From Tricharina praecox (Eukaryota), in assembly GCF_024521635.1 (NCBI RefSeq), contig NW_026250428.1, positions 124,001-188,000 of the forward strand: a stretch of 64,000 nt of DNA, written 5' to 3'. The notes beneath the pieces are model-generated. The model had not been told where the DNA came from. It saw only the letters and a program-made list of their open reading frames with translations, and searched no databases. Positions 24,338 to 37,618 of this stretch are shown piece after piece. Made by a program: the position numbers and the translations under genes. Within the stretch, counting starts at the first letter, position 1, and each line of letters begins with the position of its first letter.

Positions 24338-26240
24338 CGATTTGCCGACTGCGACACAACCTTTCCGTGTTGAAAATGGACGAGGTAACTTGGCAAGAGA
24401 GAATCTTCGAACGGCAACTGTGGCACCGAACTTCAGGTGCGGCGGCGGAGGGTTTATGGCGTGGAAGGCCTTGTCCTAGGGCGAAGAAACAAGCTTGACG
24501 CCGCCCAACACAGTTCGCTTAACGAGGCCGAACAGCGCCGATGGTGACAACACCCAAATCTCAGTCTGATTCCATGATACTACCATCCGTCAACCCCAGG
24601 ATTCAGTGCTTGTTTTCAGGAATGGCAGTGATGTTGGGTGGGTGGAAAAAATGCTTCTTGATCTCCAGCCCCGCGCAGATAAGCTGGACCTATGGAAGAG
24701 TGGTGAAGGATACAGCTTGACATTCAACACATTGTACTCTACTCGAGCATGATGTCGCTGTGAAATTGGTTATTTGTATCACTTGAGACTACAGTGCCAT
24801 AGTCTCAGTCGTCCCACCCCATTTGCCCTGGTGTGAGACCATTGCCTTCCATGCTCGCATTACCGCCACCGGTAACCTGGAGGACATGATACGACGTACA
24901 ACATCTGTATGATTTACGCATCTCAATAGTCGGGACGAACGGTGGTCCAGCAGTTGGTATCAATTCCTGGAACAACGATGGGCCGACTACCTAGACGGGG
25001 AAGCGAAAGAAGGTCGCGTACCAAGAGTGAATCGTGTAAAGCCAGGACGATACTAAAACTCCGCCACCCGTTACCGATAATATAACAGATTGCCGAAGAT
25101 CATTCTTCCGTGACGATAAGCGCAAATTCCAACAAGCCCATTAGGTCCCAGTTGTGTGATTAGATGGCCTAAAGTCGTGCGCGAGACAACTCCAGCCGTG
25201 ACTCGGCACCAGCCGAATTTATACGCTTCGTCACGGGCTTCCGCTGGGCCACCAGGCGAGACGAGATTGACTACCTCGGTGACTAATCATATTCTCCGCG
25301 AGTGATACTTCATGAGCGCCTGTGGTATGAACAGAATCGCGGCGGCAGAACGGTCTGCGATTCAATATATCGTGCCAGTACTATGTCCTGATTGCGCCTG
25401 ATCAACAGCATGTATCTCTCCATTTCTCCCGAGCCCAAGAGATGCCCGGCTACCTGTACAGCCTACCCAGCGTTGACGGTCTCCTTCCCCGCTAAAAGAC
25501 GTTTTTTATATTCGGGTAGGGCACGGGCTCGGAGGATTTCCCGCACAAGGTGGGCGATACATACCGACGCTGCCGGTGCTAGTGTAGGACCAACGAAGAT
25601 TAAGAATGAGCATGTGAATACCCCGCCAGAACCTACCTTGTAGTTACGACCACTCATAACACACCATAACCGAGCAGCAACACTATATATCACTCGCATC
25701 AACCGGTGGAAGTAAATTCTTGAAGATTATTATGATGCTCACATCTCAGCCATGATCGGATGTAAATCAGAATGATTCGGGGTTCAGACTTTTGGGATAT
25801 CGTATTTCGGGAACATCACCCTGCGATTGCCTGACTATTTGCCCCTAAGGCCTCCGTAGGCTGGCGTTGGGTGTCGACTCAATGAGCCTCGGCAACTACT
25901 GTACGAAATATGTCTTAATTTTAGACACACCTACTACTTACATAGACACCCGTGATGGCCAAGATGAATTGCGGGGTACAGACATACCCCGTGATTAATC
26001 GTTAGTATGGTACCTGCAGCGTGATTAATATGCAGAGACGCAACAGAGTTCCCGATTCACTTGCCCCTCATTACTCAATCGTCATTCAATCCATCCCAAT
26101 CTATGGTTAACCTAGGTCGAGCGTTCGTCTCTGTGGCGGCCGGTGCTCCTCGGCATCTGGAGTACCTCGGCCAGTTCACTCATTCAAAAGCGTAGAATCT
26201 TCCGCCAGCAAGGAAATCTTCAATTCGTTCACCAGTCGTC

Positions 26241-28098
26241 ATGTATTCACTACTACTAGCCTTTTTCACTGGACTCGCCGCGGTTGCTGCTGCTCCCGAC
26301 GAGCTTCAAGTCGTTACCACCGCCGGTCCAGTCATAGGCCACTACGCAAAGAACGGCAACCTGACGAGTGAGCAAGGACGAGTGCCAATCTCGCCTTCTT
26401 TGGAACTGACGATGTTATCTCCACAGTCGTGCGCGAATTCCTAGGAGTCCCATACAGCCGGCCTCCGGTTGGCGAGCTACGATTCCAGCCTCCACAGCCA
26501 CCAACGCCATGGTCCGATCCGGTGGTGGCGGCGAACTTTGGCGCAAGTTGTTGGCAGTCCCCGTTCGAAGTTGGTCTGATCAGGCAGCCGCCGCCGAGTC
26601 GCGAGTCGGAAGATTGTGTTCGTCCTCCTTGCAGTGCCGGATGGGTTCGGGCGTGGCTGAAGATGGGAAATAGCTCACAGTTAACGTCTGGGCACCGAGT
26701 AAGTCGAGGGCAACCAATGGAGGTGCCGCCGTCATGCTGTGGACCCATGGAGGTGGGTTTGCTTGGGGCACCAGCGAGACGAACATGTACAATGGTGCCA
26801 ACATTGTACGAGATCATGAAGGCGTGATTGTCGTATCGTACAAGTAGGTTCTCTGCCAGACAACTGATGGTTTGCCTGCTGACCGTATCACAGCTAGTAA
26901 GTCGAGGCTCGACCGGATGCGAGAGGGAGATTCATACTCATGTTTTAGCCGTCTGAATCTGTTCGGATTCCCGGCCGCGCCTGGACTGAACGCCACGCAA
27001 CTGAACCCAGGGTTGCTTGACGTGCGGAGGGCCGTCGAATGGGTGTGGGACAACATCGCAAACTTCGGAGGGGTACGTGTCGATGGCTTCGTTCGAGTGA
27101 TGAACTATGTGGCTGAGATGTCAACAGGACCCCCACAAAATCACCATCTTCGGCGAATCCGCCGGTTCCGCAGCTATCGACGCGTACCTCTACTTCGTAA
27201 GACCATTCCGCGCCTCTCGCCACCCATACTGACTATGCAGGCCAAAAACGATCCGATCATCCGCGGCGCAATCCTGCAAAGTGGTGCAATAACCATCCCC
27301 TCCGGATCAGGTGGAGAACCCAGCCGCTTCGGCCCGCGCACCATGAACTGGAACAATCTTAGCGCAGCCGTCAACTGCCCTATCTCACCAGCTGCCACGA
27401 ATCTCGAGTGCATCCGCAAACTCCCTGCAGCGACGCTATTCAACGCCACAGCACGCTACAACATCTCCTTCGCCCCCGTGGCCGACAACGGAACCATATT
27501 CTCCGACACCGCGCACCGCCTGCAACGCGGGAATTTTGCGCGGGTGTCCGTTCTGATCGGGAGCAATGATCAGGAGATTCCTGGAGCTTCACCCGCCGCG
27601 GTCAACGCCACGCTGACAGGATTCACCTGCCCTGCTGCGAAAAATGCCGCCGGACATGCCAAGTTCGTGCCCACGTGGATGTTCCGCTGGTTCGGTGACT
27701 TTCCCACGTATCCTGGTGCCCCATCGCTGGGACCATACCACGGAACAGAAATCTCGAACATCTTTGGTAGCGCATCCGGTTCCAATCTCGTGAGAATCCC
27801 ACAAGCGGCTGACGTGAGGGTATAGGCACCTTCAACTCGGCGATCGCAACCTCGGAACAAATCGCCTCGAGCAAGTACGTCCAGGCGGCATGGGTAGCAT
27901 TCGCGAAAAATCCGACACGAGGACTCGCTAGATATGGCTGGGTGTGTCTTCCTCTCCCTCTGGTGCATGATGCGAGAGGCTGACGGTTTATGACAGCCCA
28001 CCTATAATCCGTATAGACCTACACTCGTCAGACTGGCGGTCAACAATACCGCGAAAGCTTCGTTCGCGATGCCGGCGACGTATCATTCCGCTTGTTGA
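26241..28098 (+). CDS. Secreted carboxylesterase type B (alpha/beta hydrolase), multi-exon
   Basis: Signal peptide; FLGVPYSRPPVGELRFQPP; SEDC; WTHGGGF oxyanion loop; NPGLLDVRRAVEWVWDNIANFGG; ITIFGESAG (catalytic Ser); GSNDQE (Glu); YHGTEI (His); WVAFAKNP; several GT-AG introns. Confidence 0.95.
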
Positions 28099-29521
28099 GT
28101 CCGCGCGCTTTGAGGATATAATACGGCGAAGAATGGGATGCCGAGAAGTCTAGTTGTTAGCTGGCTATATTCTGATTATTACACTCTTTCTTGGCCTTCA
28201 CGTGCCTCCAGTCGCTCATGGTCCGGCTTATCATGCGATCTTGTGCTGAAAAAACCATTTAACTACTCCTCTAGTCCAACTCTTGCCGGGAATGCTATTT
28301 ACAAGTCCTCCAATGTGCAGCCCAACCATCATGAAAATTCACTGTTGGTACTCATGTGCAGGAAAGGATGAAATTCGGTGATTCTCGAATACTACAGGCA
28401 GCTTTTGGCTGAGTTAAAGTAAGACACGTCTAGTGAGCCGAAAAAGCCTCGGCTGTCTCCAGTGATCGGACTCCCCAACTGGCGAGGTGAAATGTTTTAG
28501 CTACATAGATGCATGAGATATTACTCGTTGGTTGGCTTCTTTTTTCGAACAATTTAGAGCTTGGGTTCGAGTTGGCCTGGTACATGAAGATACAGGCTCG
28601 TAACTGCGCAAGACGAATGTGGAAGGCGACGCGAGACCGACATCACTATAATGACCTCATATTGGCGGATATGATGGTTGCGCACGGTACTGATTCTCGA
28701 TGCTCTGATATTCGTCCTGGAAGGGGAGAAAGAAGAGTAGGTAAGCTGTACCAAGCTATGCTGCTGCTTCACAAGTAGTCGGTGTTTCGGATAGTGCAGG
28801 TGGATATTTGGGAACGATAGACGACTTCAGGTAGGAGCTGGAAGCAAAAAGCTGAACCGTGGCTCGAACCAAAAACCTTCACCACCCCGGTGGGTGGCTT
28901 GGAAACCCCGATAGATGGACCGCTGTCCATGCTAACTCCACCAGGTGCGTGACCATTAGGCCACACAGGCATTTTTCCGTGCTGTAAATTTACCACGCGC
29001 GGTTATGAGCCCGTGAGAGCTCTGCCACGTTCTAACACAGCGACTAGAGAGCAGTGCTGCTACCCGCCAAATATCATCACGTTCATTAGCTCGACCCTCC
29101 GTGATAGTGACAACTTCGTAGTACCTGTGCAGCTTGACGGCTGCGTTGTACGCCCGTAAAAGGATTGACCTGCGAGGTGCCAACAGGACTGTGAAATTAG
29201 AATATTCCGCCCAGTCGGGCGTATTCTATGCCCTGGACGGGTACGAATTTGTCGCGCCCGAGATATCATGGACTTAAGAGCTCTGGAAAATCCAGACTCC
29301 AGAGGGGGACTGTGGCCCCGTTACGGGGAAGAGGAGGTTACTGGGAGGGTGAAAGATTGGGTAACTTTACACATATGCCCTTCTGGAGCTGTACGGATCC
29401 ACCCATCTGGAGCTTTATCGATCCACCCATGCCCTCCAAGCACTCAGTGACATCCAGCTCAACTCCTTCCCTCCTGCTCACCATTCAGTTCACCAGCCAT
29501 AACAGTGCTAAACTCTGCGCA

Positions 29522-31100
29522 TGCCCAAAGCCTGCTGTCGAAGGTACCTAATTATCAACTTGACGCAATATATCTACAAGTCACTAGAGCTCTACGAAAC
29601 AAAAGAAGACGCCAAATTGCGGCTCGAAGAAAGCCGTAACCGAATAAATCGTTTCATTCTAGAATCTGGAGGACATCACCGAAGTACAGCCTCTGCTCAC
29701 GACTCCTCGTTCATGTCTTCGTCCTCATTCTAATTTTAATTCTTGCTCTCGTTCTCGTACTTCCCCTCCCATACTCCCTCCCCTCAACCGGGAACATGTT
29801 CTACGCGCCAACTACCCCCGCTACCAGCACAACCAGCAGCGTAGTACCATAAAAGCGGGTCTCTGGTGACAGCTGGCTTGCCCAGGCGTCAGCGCCGCGG
29901 TGAGGCGACGCGGTTATGACGTGAACCATATCGGATGCCTGCTTAGCCGGTAGCGGGAGTTCCACCGTCACTGCCCGGAAATACTCGCTCTTGTTGCTGA
30001 CCGGCCACGACAATTCTCCCGGGATGTGAACATCCGCGGGGAAAGAATGTGTGGCCGCGTTGAGCTTCGCCGATGACCACATCTGTGCGTCGTGTGCGCA
30101 CTGTCCTAGCGGCGCCGTCGGGCTCGCCGGAGGAATTCGTCAGGGATACAGGGCTTGACGAGCAGTGGTCGTCGCTCGAAGAGACGAGATCCCGAATAGG
30201 AGCATCGCCGCCACTAGGAGTGCTGCCCGACTCGGCCAAATCGGGTGCCTCGCTAGCGAGGACTCCCGCGGTGTCGGCGATAGCAGCATCAGCTTCTTGG
30301 GCGGCAATGTTGACGGCGGCGGCAGCTCGGGCGGCTGCCCTCGCAGCTTTGCGGTCGCTTGCGCCCTTGTCAGTGTACGTCCAATGATCCCGGAAAATAG
30401 AAATAAACCAACATCCGTCCCGGGCGCTCGTGGTTTGGAGTACTCGGCGACTCCTCGCGACCCTCCGCGTCTGTGCTGCCATTTTCGACAGCTGCCGGTG
30501 GGGTGACGTCGGCGAGGTGTCCCTCCAGCCGCACGCAACGGGCGTGGAGCTCGGTGCACTCCTTACGGAGCGAGTCGCATTGGGGGCGAGCCGCTGGTAC
30601 TCAGTGTACTGCTTCCTGCATCGGTGTGTCAGTAACGATTTCCAACGATGATATGGGTAGTAGAAAGACTTACCATGAGAGGCGGGGAGATTGGGTGTTT
30701 TCTGGAATCACGAGAGAGATTTGGTGATGGTTGTGGGGATGCAAACTGAAATTAGTAGCTGAGAGATTTATTTCTGATCGAGTTGTGACTTGTACCATGT
30801 AGGAGGAAAAATGTTTGTCAGCGAAGAACAGCAGTGAGACACATCATAATAACTAACTCGCTGTAGCCGGGCTGCGGGCTGGCTTTTATTGGGCTGGGCT
30901 GTTGCCTGAACTGGTTGTATGTAGAAGAGAGGGAAAGGCGGGATTACCCACGACTTTATACTAGAAAACGGTGTAGAGTTGAAGCTTCTGAGGCTGGTAG
31001 GAGCCATTGCATTTCGTTCGTGGTGAGGCTCAATCGCAATTCCAAGGCTGAGGGGCATGTCGCCCAAATAGGTAGGTAGCTTAAATTTTCGAGGATACCA
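29522..31100. repeat. Direct duplication, copy 1 (partner 32054-33712), carrying an unknown minus-strand gene
   Basis: Colinear matches such as gaaccatatc.gatgcctgcttagcc.gtagcgggagtt and gagatttgg.gatggttgtggggatg; shared peptides QCD.LRKECT.L.ARCVRLE and RKAARAAARAAAA.NIAA. Confidence 0.85.
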
Positions 31101-32053
31101 CGTTAGATCATCGATATTATATGGGCACTGTCGTGAGGATAACAACCTTATCCTCACGGAAGCAGTAGCCATCGCCAACCTCTACGCTATGGCCGATATC
31201 ATCCTGACCTACACGCTTTGGCGGTGGCTTCTCCCAGGGAGACGACGGTGGTACAGAAGTTTGGAAACTCAATCCTCCGCTGTAGACCGGCAACTACTAG
31301 ATGTCAGAGTTGGACTTCCGAAATCAACGACGAACGCAAGAATGCTGGCTGGCGATACATCCGCGACTATCTTCTTCGGCTACCCGAGTATTCGGCATAT
31401 CATAAATCAATCCTGATTGTAACCGGAAGAGCCATCACGTAGAAGTTCATGAAGTCACGCTCGTGATCTAGCGAGTGCTTTCCTGTAAGCCCCGCCTGTA
31501 TAGGGCAGAGCCTGATGGTTTGGATACAAGACAAAGACGAGGGAGCGTCTGTTTGAGAGCTGTCCATAGTGGAAGAAAGAACAGAAAGATCTGTGGACGA
31601 GGGTCCGTAAAGCCACGGGCCGGCGCACGGAAAGATTGAAGATCAAAAATCTCCTCGCGAATCAAGAACGTGGTGCGGCTGTCCTCAGTTTCCTCGTCAG
31701 CAAGGACGGGGGTTGGAGGATACGCCTCCTCGGATCTAGCGAGCGAGTTCGAACTTCGTCTGTTCCCACACTGATCGGCTGCAGTTCCGGTTAACACTGT
31801 AATCGGATATCCTGATGTTTTGGTATTTGTGTCCATGGACGTTATCGAATATCTAGCACCGGAAGAGCCTTGTGGAGTAGTGTGCGTAGCGAGAGCCTGA
31901 GGAACAGATTTCTTCGTAGCCCGACCCGTATGGATTCTCATTTGCCGCCGATGCGTCAATTCGAGGCTATCAGAGCACCATCAGATGAGAGAAGCGTAGC
32001 CATGGGGTCCTAAACGTTGAGGTAGATATCATCTATGGTCCTATGGATATCTA

Positions 32054-33712
32054 CCCAGAGCCTGCAGTAGAAGATATTTGATTATCAAGTTTGACGGAAG
32101 ACATTTACAAGTCGCTGGAATTCTACGAAGCAACACAAGAAAGAACTTGACGAAAGCCGCAACCTAAGAAAATGTTCCATTCTAAATCCTTGAGGACAGC
32201 ACCGTAGTACTACCTCCGGCACCGCCTTCGCCTCCTCGTTCTCACCATGACTCGCGATCCCGTTCTCCCCTTCTTCCTCCCCCTCGTTATCACTCTCTTC
32301 CTCGTACTCGTTCTCGTCCCTCCCTCCCTGCATCACCACGCCGGATCTATGCGCTGACAGCTCCCGCAATCAGAACTACTAGTAGTGTAGTACCCTAGAA
32401 GCGGGTCTCTGCCGGCAGCTGGTTCGCCCAGGCATCAGCGCCACCGGGACGTGAGGAGGTTTTGACCGGAACCATATCTGATGCCTGCTTAGCCAGTAGC
32501 GGGAGTTGCACCGTCACTGTCAGGAGAAGCCAGATCCCGTACAGGAGCATCGCCACCACCAGGAGCCCTGGCGATACGGTCCGAATCCAGCGCAGGTGCA
32601 GACAGCTTCTCTCGGTCAACATCTAGGTTGACACAGTTGCCTCCTGGTATGGAGCTAGATCACTATCCAGGTCAACCGCAACTTCCTGCTCGTGCTGCAC
32701 CGGAGCGGCCGACGGCATCGCAGCTCCCGGTCCGCCGCCGAAGACAGCCTCGCGGCCATCCTGGGGGAGGCTGGGATCCAGTGCCCGCATACAGAACTTC
32801 ACCGATCAGTGTGACTTGCACACTGACTGAGAGCAGCTCCGGCGCGTCACCATCGGATTCCGTCAGTCGGTAGCAGCAGGTGGTGATTCGATTGGATCCA
32901 CCGAGGAAATTGCGGGAGCAGAGCTGCCCGACTCTGTCAAGGCGGGTCTAAGGGCCCCCGCAGCGTCATTGATCGTAGTATCAGCTTCTTTGGCCGCGGC
33001 GATGTTGACGGCGGCGGCGGCGGCGCGTGCCGCAGCCCTGGCGGCCTTTCGGCGACTTGATCCCGTGTCAGTATACATCCAATCGTCTGCTGGCGATGCC
33101 GAAGAATCCTACATGCGTCACGGGCGGTCGGAAATTGGAGTACTCGGCGACTCCTGGCGACCCTCCGCGTCTGTGCCGCCGTTGTCGACAACTGTCACTG
33201 CGGCGGCAAGTTGCCACTCCAGCCGCACGCAACGGGCCTGGAGGTCAGTGCACTCTTTACGGAGCGCGTCGCACTGGGAGCACCCTGGCTGAGCCTGCGC
33301 CTCGCGCAGAAGCGACTGGTACTTGTTTTGCTGTCGCCTGTATTCTATCAGTAACTATTACCAACGACGGTAGAGCAGGGAGACGCACCATCAGAGGCGG
33401 GGAGGTTGGGTGTTTGCTGGCATCACGAGGGAGATTTGGCGATGGTTGTGGGGATGGAGGTTGCAATTAGTAGCTGAGAGATTTCTTTCTGGGCGAGTTG
33501 TATGCAGGTGGTTGTATGTAGAAGAGTGGAAAGCTGGGATTACCCACGAATGTATACCTGTAGATGGTGTGGGATTGAAGCACCTGAAGCTGGTAGGAGC
33601 CATTTGATTTCGTTCGTGGCGAGGCTCAATCACAACTCCAAGGCTGAATGGCACGTGCACGTGCACGTATGTTGCCCAAATGGTGAGGTAGCTTAATATT
33701 TCACCGATACCA
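32054..33712. repeat. Direct duplication, copy 2
   Basis: See copy 1; a different sequence occupies ~32520-32930. Confidence 0.85.
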
Positions 33713-33889
33713 GCTTTGAACATATCTGGAGTAGAACATCGACGCATAATAACATAACATCGGCAAACGTCTATACTAATGCCATAATTGTTTGGAATAA
33801 TAGTCTATATTGCCATAGTTTCTCCGACGTTTCAAACCTGCCACTCAATCCCGGGCCTGCCGAGAAATGAAGAACACATAGAGGAGAGA

Positions 33890-34290
33890 GAGGAGATGGG
33901 GTTCACCGTCTATTTGATAGACGATGTCGGGAAAGAAGATGAAGCAGGAAGAGAAGAAGAAGACAACGCCGCCACTGGTGTGGGCTTGGTGGACAGCGAA
34001 GGAGAGAATGAGGAGATGATTGTGAGGAATGCGGTTGCAGACGCATGGTGGAGCAAGATGTAGGTGCAAAGGGAGGAGCACCAGCTATACCACGTCCCGA
34101 CAGCTTCCCGAGGCACCTTGATATTCCCCAAGGAACGGAGGCCGCGAACGAGCCTGGGTAACATCCACTATATTCAAACTGAGGCAGCTATCGAGAGCTG
34201 GTTTACTACGACAACGTTGACGATCGGATCCCATCTTACGAAAGAGGAGACTACTAAGGCGGAGGAAGGAGACATCAAGGCAAAATAGAA
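33890..34290 (+). mobile_element. Possible gypsy pol relic (linker preceding RT)
   Basis: One frame with a single stop: acidic stretch, then LIFPKERRPR...LTIGSHLTKEE. Resembles pre-RT regions of fungal gypsy elements from recall only. Confidence 0.3.
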
Positions 34291-34780
34291 GCCAGTTGAT
34301 TTTGTGGATTAGGAAGGCGGCAGCGAAGAGGGAGAGATACGTACGCCGGACGATAATTCGGAATATTGTTTGTACTTAGACAATGAGAGCGAGGCTGGAA
34401 CGGAAAGAAAGCGCAAGCTGGTGAAGAAGGCAACGGTTAGATCTTTGCGGAATCCGCCGGAGGGATGCTTCGAGAGCTGGAGTCATGTCTCTTGTGCACC
34501 CTGGGTGCTGCAGAGGCGCAGCATAGGCAGAGGTGGCTTGCGGCCTTCAGCGAGCGCAGGAGGGAAGAGACCTTATTGCGACCTATGTGCTATGTAGGGG
34601 GCCCGTTCCAACCACGATGCGGTCAGCCAACGTTTATCTGTCTATGCTGACCACTTCTCTCTTCATGTTGCCGGTCTGTGGTCATCGTCAGTCCTGATCA
34701 GTTCATCAGTTCGTCACCTTGTATTATCATCGCTAACATCCCATCCGTGTGCCTCTCAGTATGATTCGAGCGATCCTTGC

Positions 34781-34953
34781 TAAACAACGTCGCCATCTTC
34801 GCTTTGTCAGCGCCATTACTGTCGATGATCTTCGCCATGCCTGACGCATGGGGAGTCCCAGCAACGGCAGTACGGAAATGTGGCAGGTCGGGGGCTCGGG
34901 ACTGAAGAGCTATTCTAGTATCAGCCGCCATTCTCAGTGAACGTTTTGGAAGG
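34781..34953. repeat. Dispersed repeat, inverted copy at ~50081-50249
   Basis: ccattact.tcgatg.tcttcgccatgcct..cgc.tgggga.tcccagcaacggcag shared in opposite orientation. Confidence 0.8.
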
Positions 34954-36639
34954 AGTGACGAACCCCATCCTTATAATCAGGCTTATCCGTACGTGGATCG
35001 CTCGTGGCTGGGGAGAGTATGTAGACCGTCGGTTTCTCCGTGAGCATATCCATACAAGACTTGAATCCTTTGTGCCGGCTCCGTGAAACTCAAAAGAACG
35101 TAATGAGCCGAAGGAGATTAGATCAACGTCATCGATCCTGCCGGAACGGGCCGTGGGAACCTAGTGCAGAAGGGGTTCGTGTCTACCAGTAGCTTCGGAG
35201 CAGTTGGAAGAACAGAACCATCGGTCTCCGGTGAAGCTGGCCCCATGCTTGTAGGCGGCAAAGGTGATGGTGTAGGTGGCAGTCGCGTGGGCGCTGTGAT
35301 ATTCCGTGGATAGGTACGTAACGTCATGCTGGGTGTCGGGCAGATGCGAGATGACGCTCGGATCACGTGATATGGAAGCGAACACTCTCACCGTTCACGT
35401 GCACTGCATCGTTCCCACATACTCCTCCACCAGCATCCCAATATACAATCAGCATCGCCGTCGCGCTCATCTTCCACACCGTCCGACTGATTTTGTCGTC
35501 TCAGCCCGTTCACCCGAGCAGTCTATGAATGCAGTCATCTCGCCGCGTCGACCGGACATCAATCGGGCATCAACGGTACCAGGCAGGATGGTTCCCCAAT
35601 GGGAAAAAAACAGAGTGAGGGGCAAATTGAGGATTCGCTTTGCTGTCACGCCCTTTCTTTGATCTTATTCTTTCATGTCACATTCTTAATATCCTGCCGT
35701 GCAATCCAGGACAGCTCTTCATCCTTTCTGCGTCGGTGAACCGACTACAGCCTCTCCTCCACCCACAGACAGATGCCGGTACTGTCCTTCGATTCGACAG
35801 CACCTACCGCCTCGTCGCCGTTGCCTGAGAGCTCTGTGAAAACCGCATCATGCCGCGCCGACAGGACTCAAATCGCGAATCCACGGTGTCAGCATTGTCC
35901 CGTATAAAACAGAGTACGGATCGGATTTCCTAGCGCGCCCTTTTGTCTTCTTCTTATTTCCTCAAGATTATGTGAGCCGCGGGTCATTCGTGGGACATTA
36001 GAGATACGGGGTTTTACCAGCTGGTATCTTGCGGAAACGAGTACATACGCATACGTACCGTGGGGCAAAGAACTTCGCACAGGGTAGTGTCATTCAAGCA
36101 AGGTGACGCTCTGGGTCTTAGACCGCCGCCTGAGATCTCTGATTAGTGGTAGCCAGCAATCATCACATACAGTGACATTCCACGACCGGATGCCGCGGGC
36201 GCGAATGCCAATCGTCGGCTTTGAAGGTGTTGCCGACCTGCAGTCGGCAATGCTAACAGTTCGCCCCGTGTATCATTTATGTAGCGAGAGAATGCAAAGA
36301 ATCACCAATAGTTACGCTCGGGCTCGCAAATCATGCCTCGAAGTCTTCGTGCAACCGATACGAGGACAAGCACCTGAGAGTCTATGTGAAATGTAGTTAC
36401 ATGAGGAAAACCTGAGCGATAACGGTACTTAGCCTCTCCTCACTACGACCCGACTATCAAGTGTATGAGCAACCCTATCTAGTGTTCGAAATCATCGTCT
36501 GCTCCAATTTGCAGATTGTTCTTCACAAAGTCTTGTTTCTGGTACTTCTCCGCTTCATTTGCCCCTACTGGTGGGGACACTCAATTAGTAATTACTTCCT
36601 CCTTTGTCCCACACTTCATCCATCACTCCACCACACTAC

Positions 36640-36741
36640 CGATTCATCCACACCGACACATCCACACCAACTCATCCACACCGACTCGTTCACAGCGACT
36701 CATTTACACCAACTCATCCACACCGACTCATCCACACCGAC
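36640..36741 (+). repeat. Degenerate minisatellite (accaactcatccacaccgac-like)
   Basis: Repeated ctcatccacaccgac motif, 4-5 copies. Confidence 0.75.
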
Positions 36742-37618
36742 TGAGCGACGCACGCAGCTTGCGTACCTGGACCAGCCTCTTGGCTATGACCCGGCCCGAA
36801 TCGCTGCAGTGCTCGACATAGTCCCACGGAAGAGGCCAGTGGGCAGCCTGAGGCAAGTTGTGGTAGGAGATGAAATGCATCATCTCCGTAAGAATTGGCT
36901 TCAAGTCGACGCTGTTGTTGATCTGCTCGCAGAATTCGCAGATCCGCAAGTCGACGTCGCGATTGTCCTCGGGGGTGACGACCAGTGCAGGGTACACCAG
37001 TAAGGTGAGCACCTCGATCTGGTCTACTTGCTAGGTTATTTTAGGTCTAGCTTATTGTTTTTTTATTGCCTGGCCTTCAAATTTCCATGATGCCCGACGA
37101 ATTGTCGTCCTATGGATCGTAGCCGAACACCATCCGAATGGCGCCGGCTCCTTCGGATATATTGCGAGCGGTATGCAATATCTGGCGCCAGAAGGCCACC
37201 TTGTCGCCGGACTCTGCCAAGCTGGTGTTAACTGCGGTTCAATTCTGGGACCTCACAAATAGCGGTCTTACTAGCGGCCATCGTTCTGAATCGATCCCAC
37301 ACATCGTCAGTGTGTGGCAGCGCCCTCGGTACAGGGTACCGCCTGATGAGCTCCATCCTTAATTCACCGCCTGTGAATTCATCATCTTTGATTAGCCGCA
37401 GCCAGCTGGCAGCAATCATGACATCAGCGACATACCTGCGGCAAGATCCAACCAATTGTTCGGAAAGCTGCAGCTAGTTGGCCGGGAATTGACAGCGAAG
37501 AAGCAATGAGTGTAGATGAGATCGACGACCAGCAGCGTCTCATCGCTCTTGGGGGCACGAATGCCCTCCTCCGCCCTGCGGAGGATTTTTTGTGGGAGGA
37601 TAGATTTGGCGGGAACAT
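36728..37618 (-). pseudogene. F-box family B paralog lacking the F-box, with a 60 bp disruptive insertion
   Basis: 36763-37450 is nearly colinear with 51021-51695 including the second intron. Insertion 37024-37083 breaks the frame, and the 5' end differs. Confidence 0.8.

Noticed and set aside
28380..29320. Possible integrase relic ending in a purine tract plus TGTGG (similar hints at 2.4-3.0, 55.9-56.9 and 59.5-60.2 kb)
   Set aside because: No catalytic motif or partner LTR could be read with confidence.
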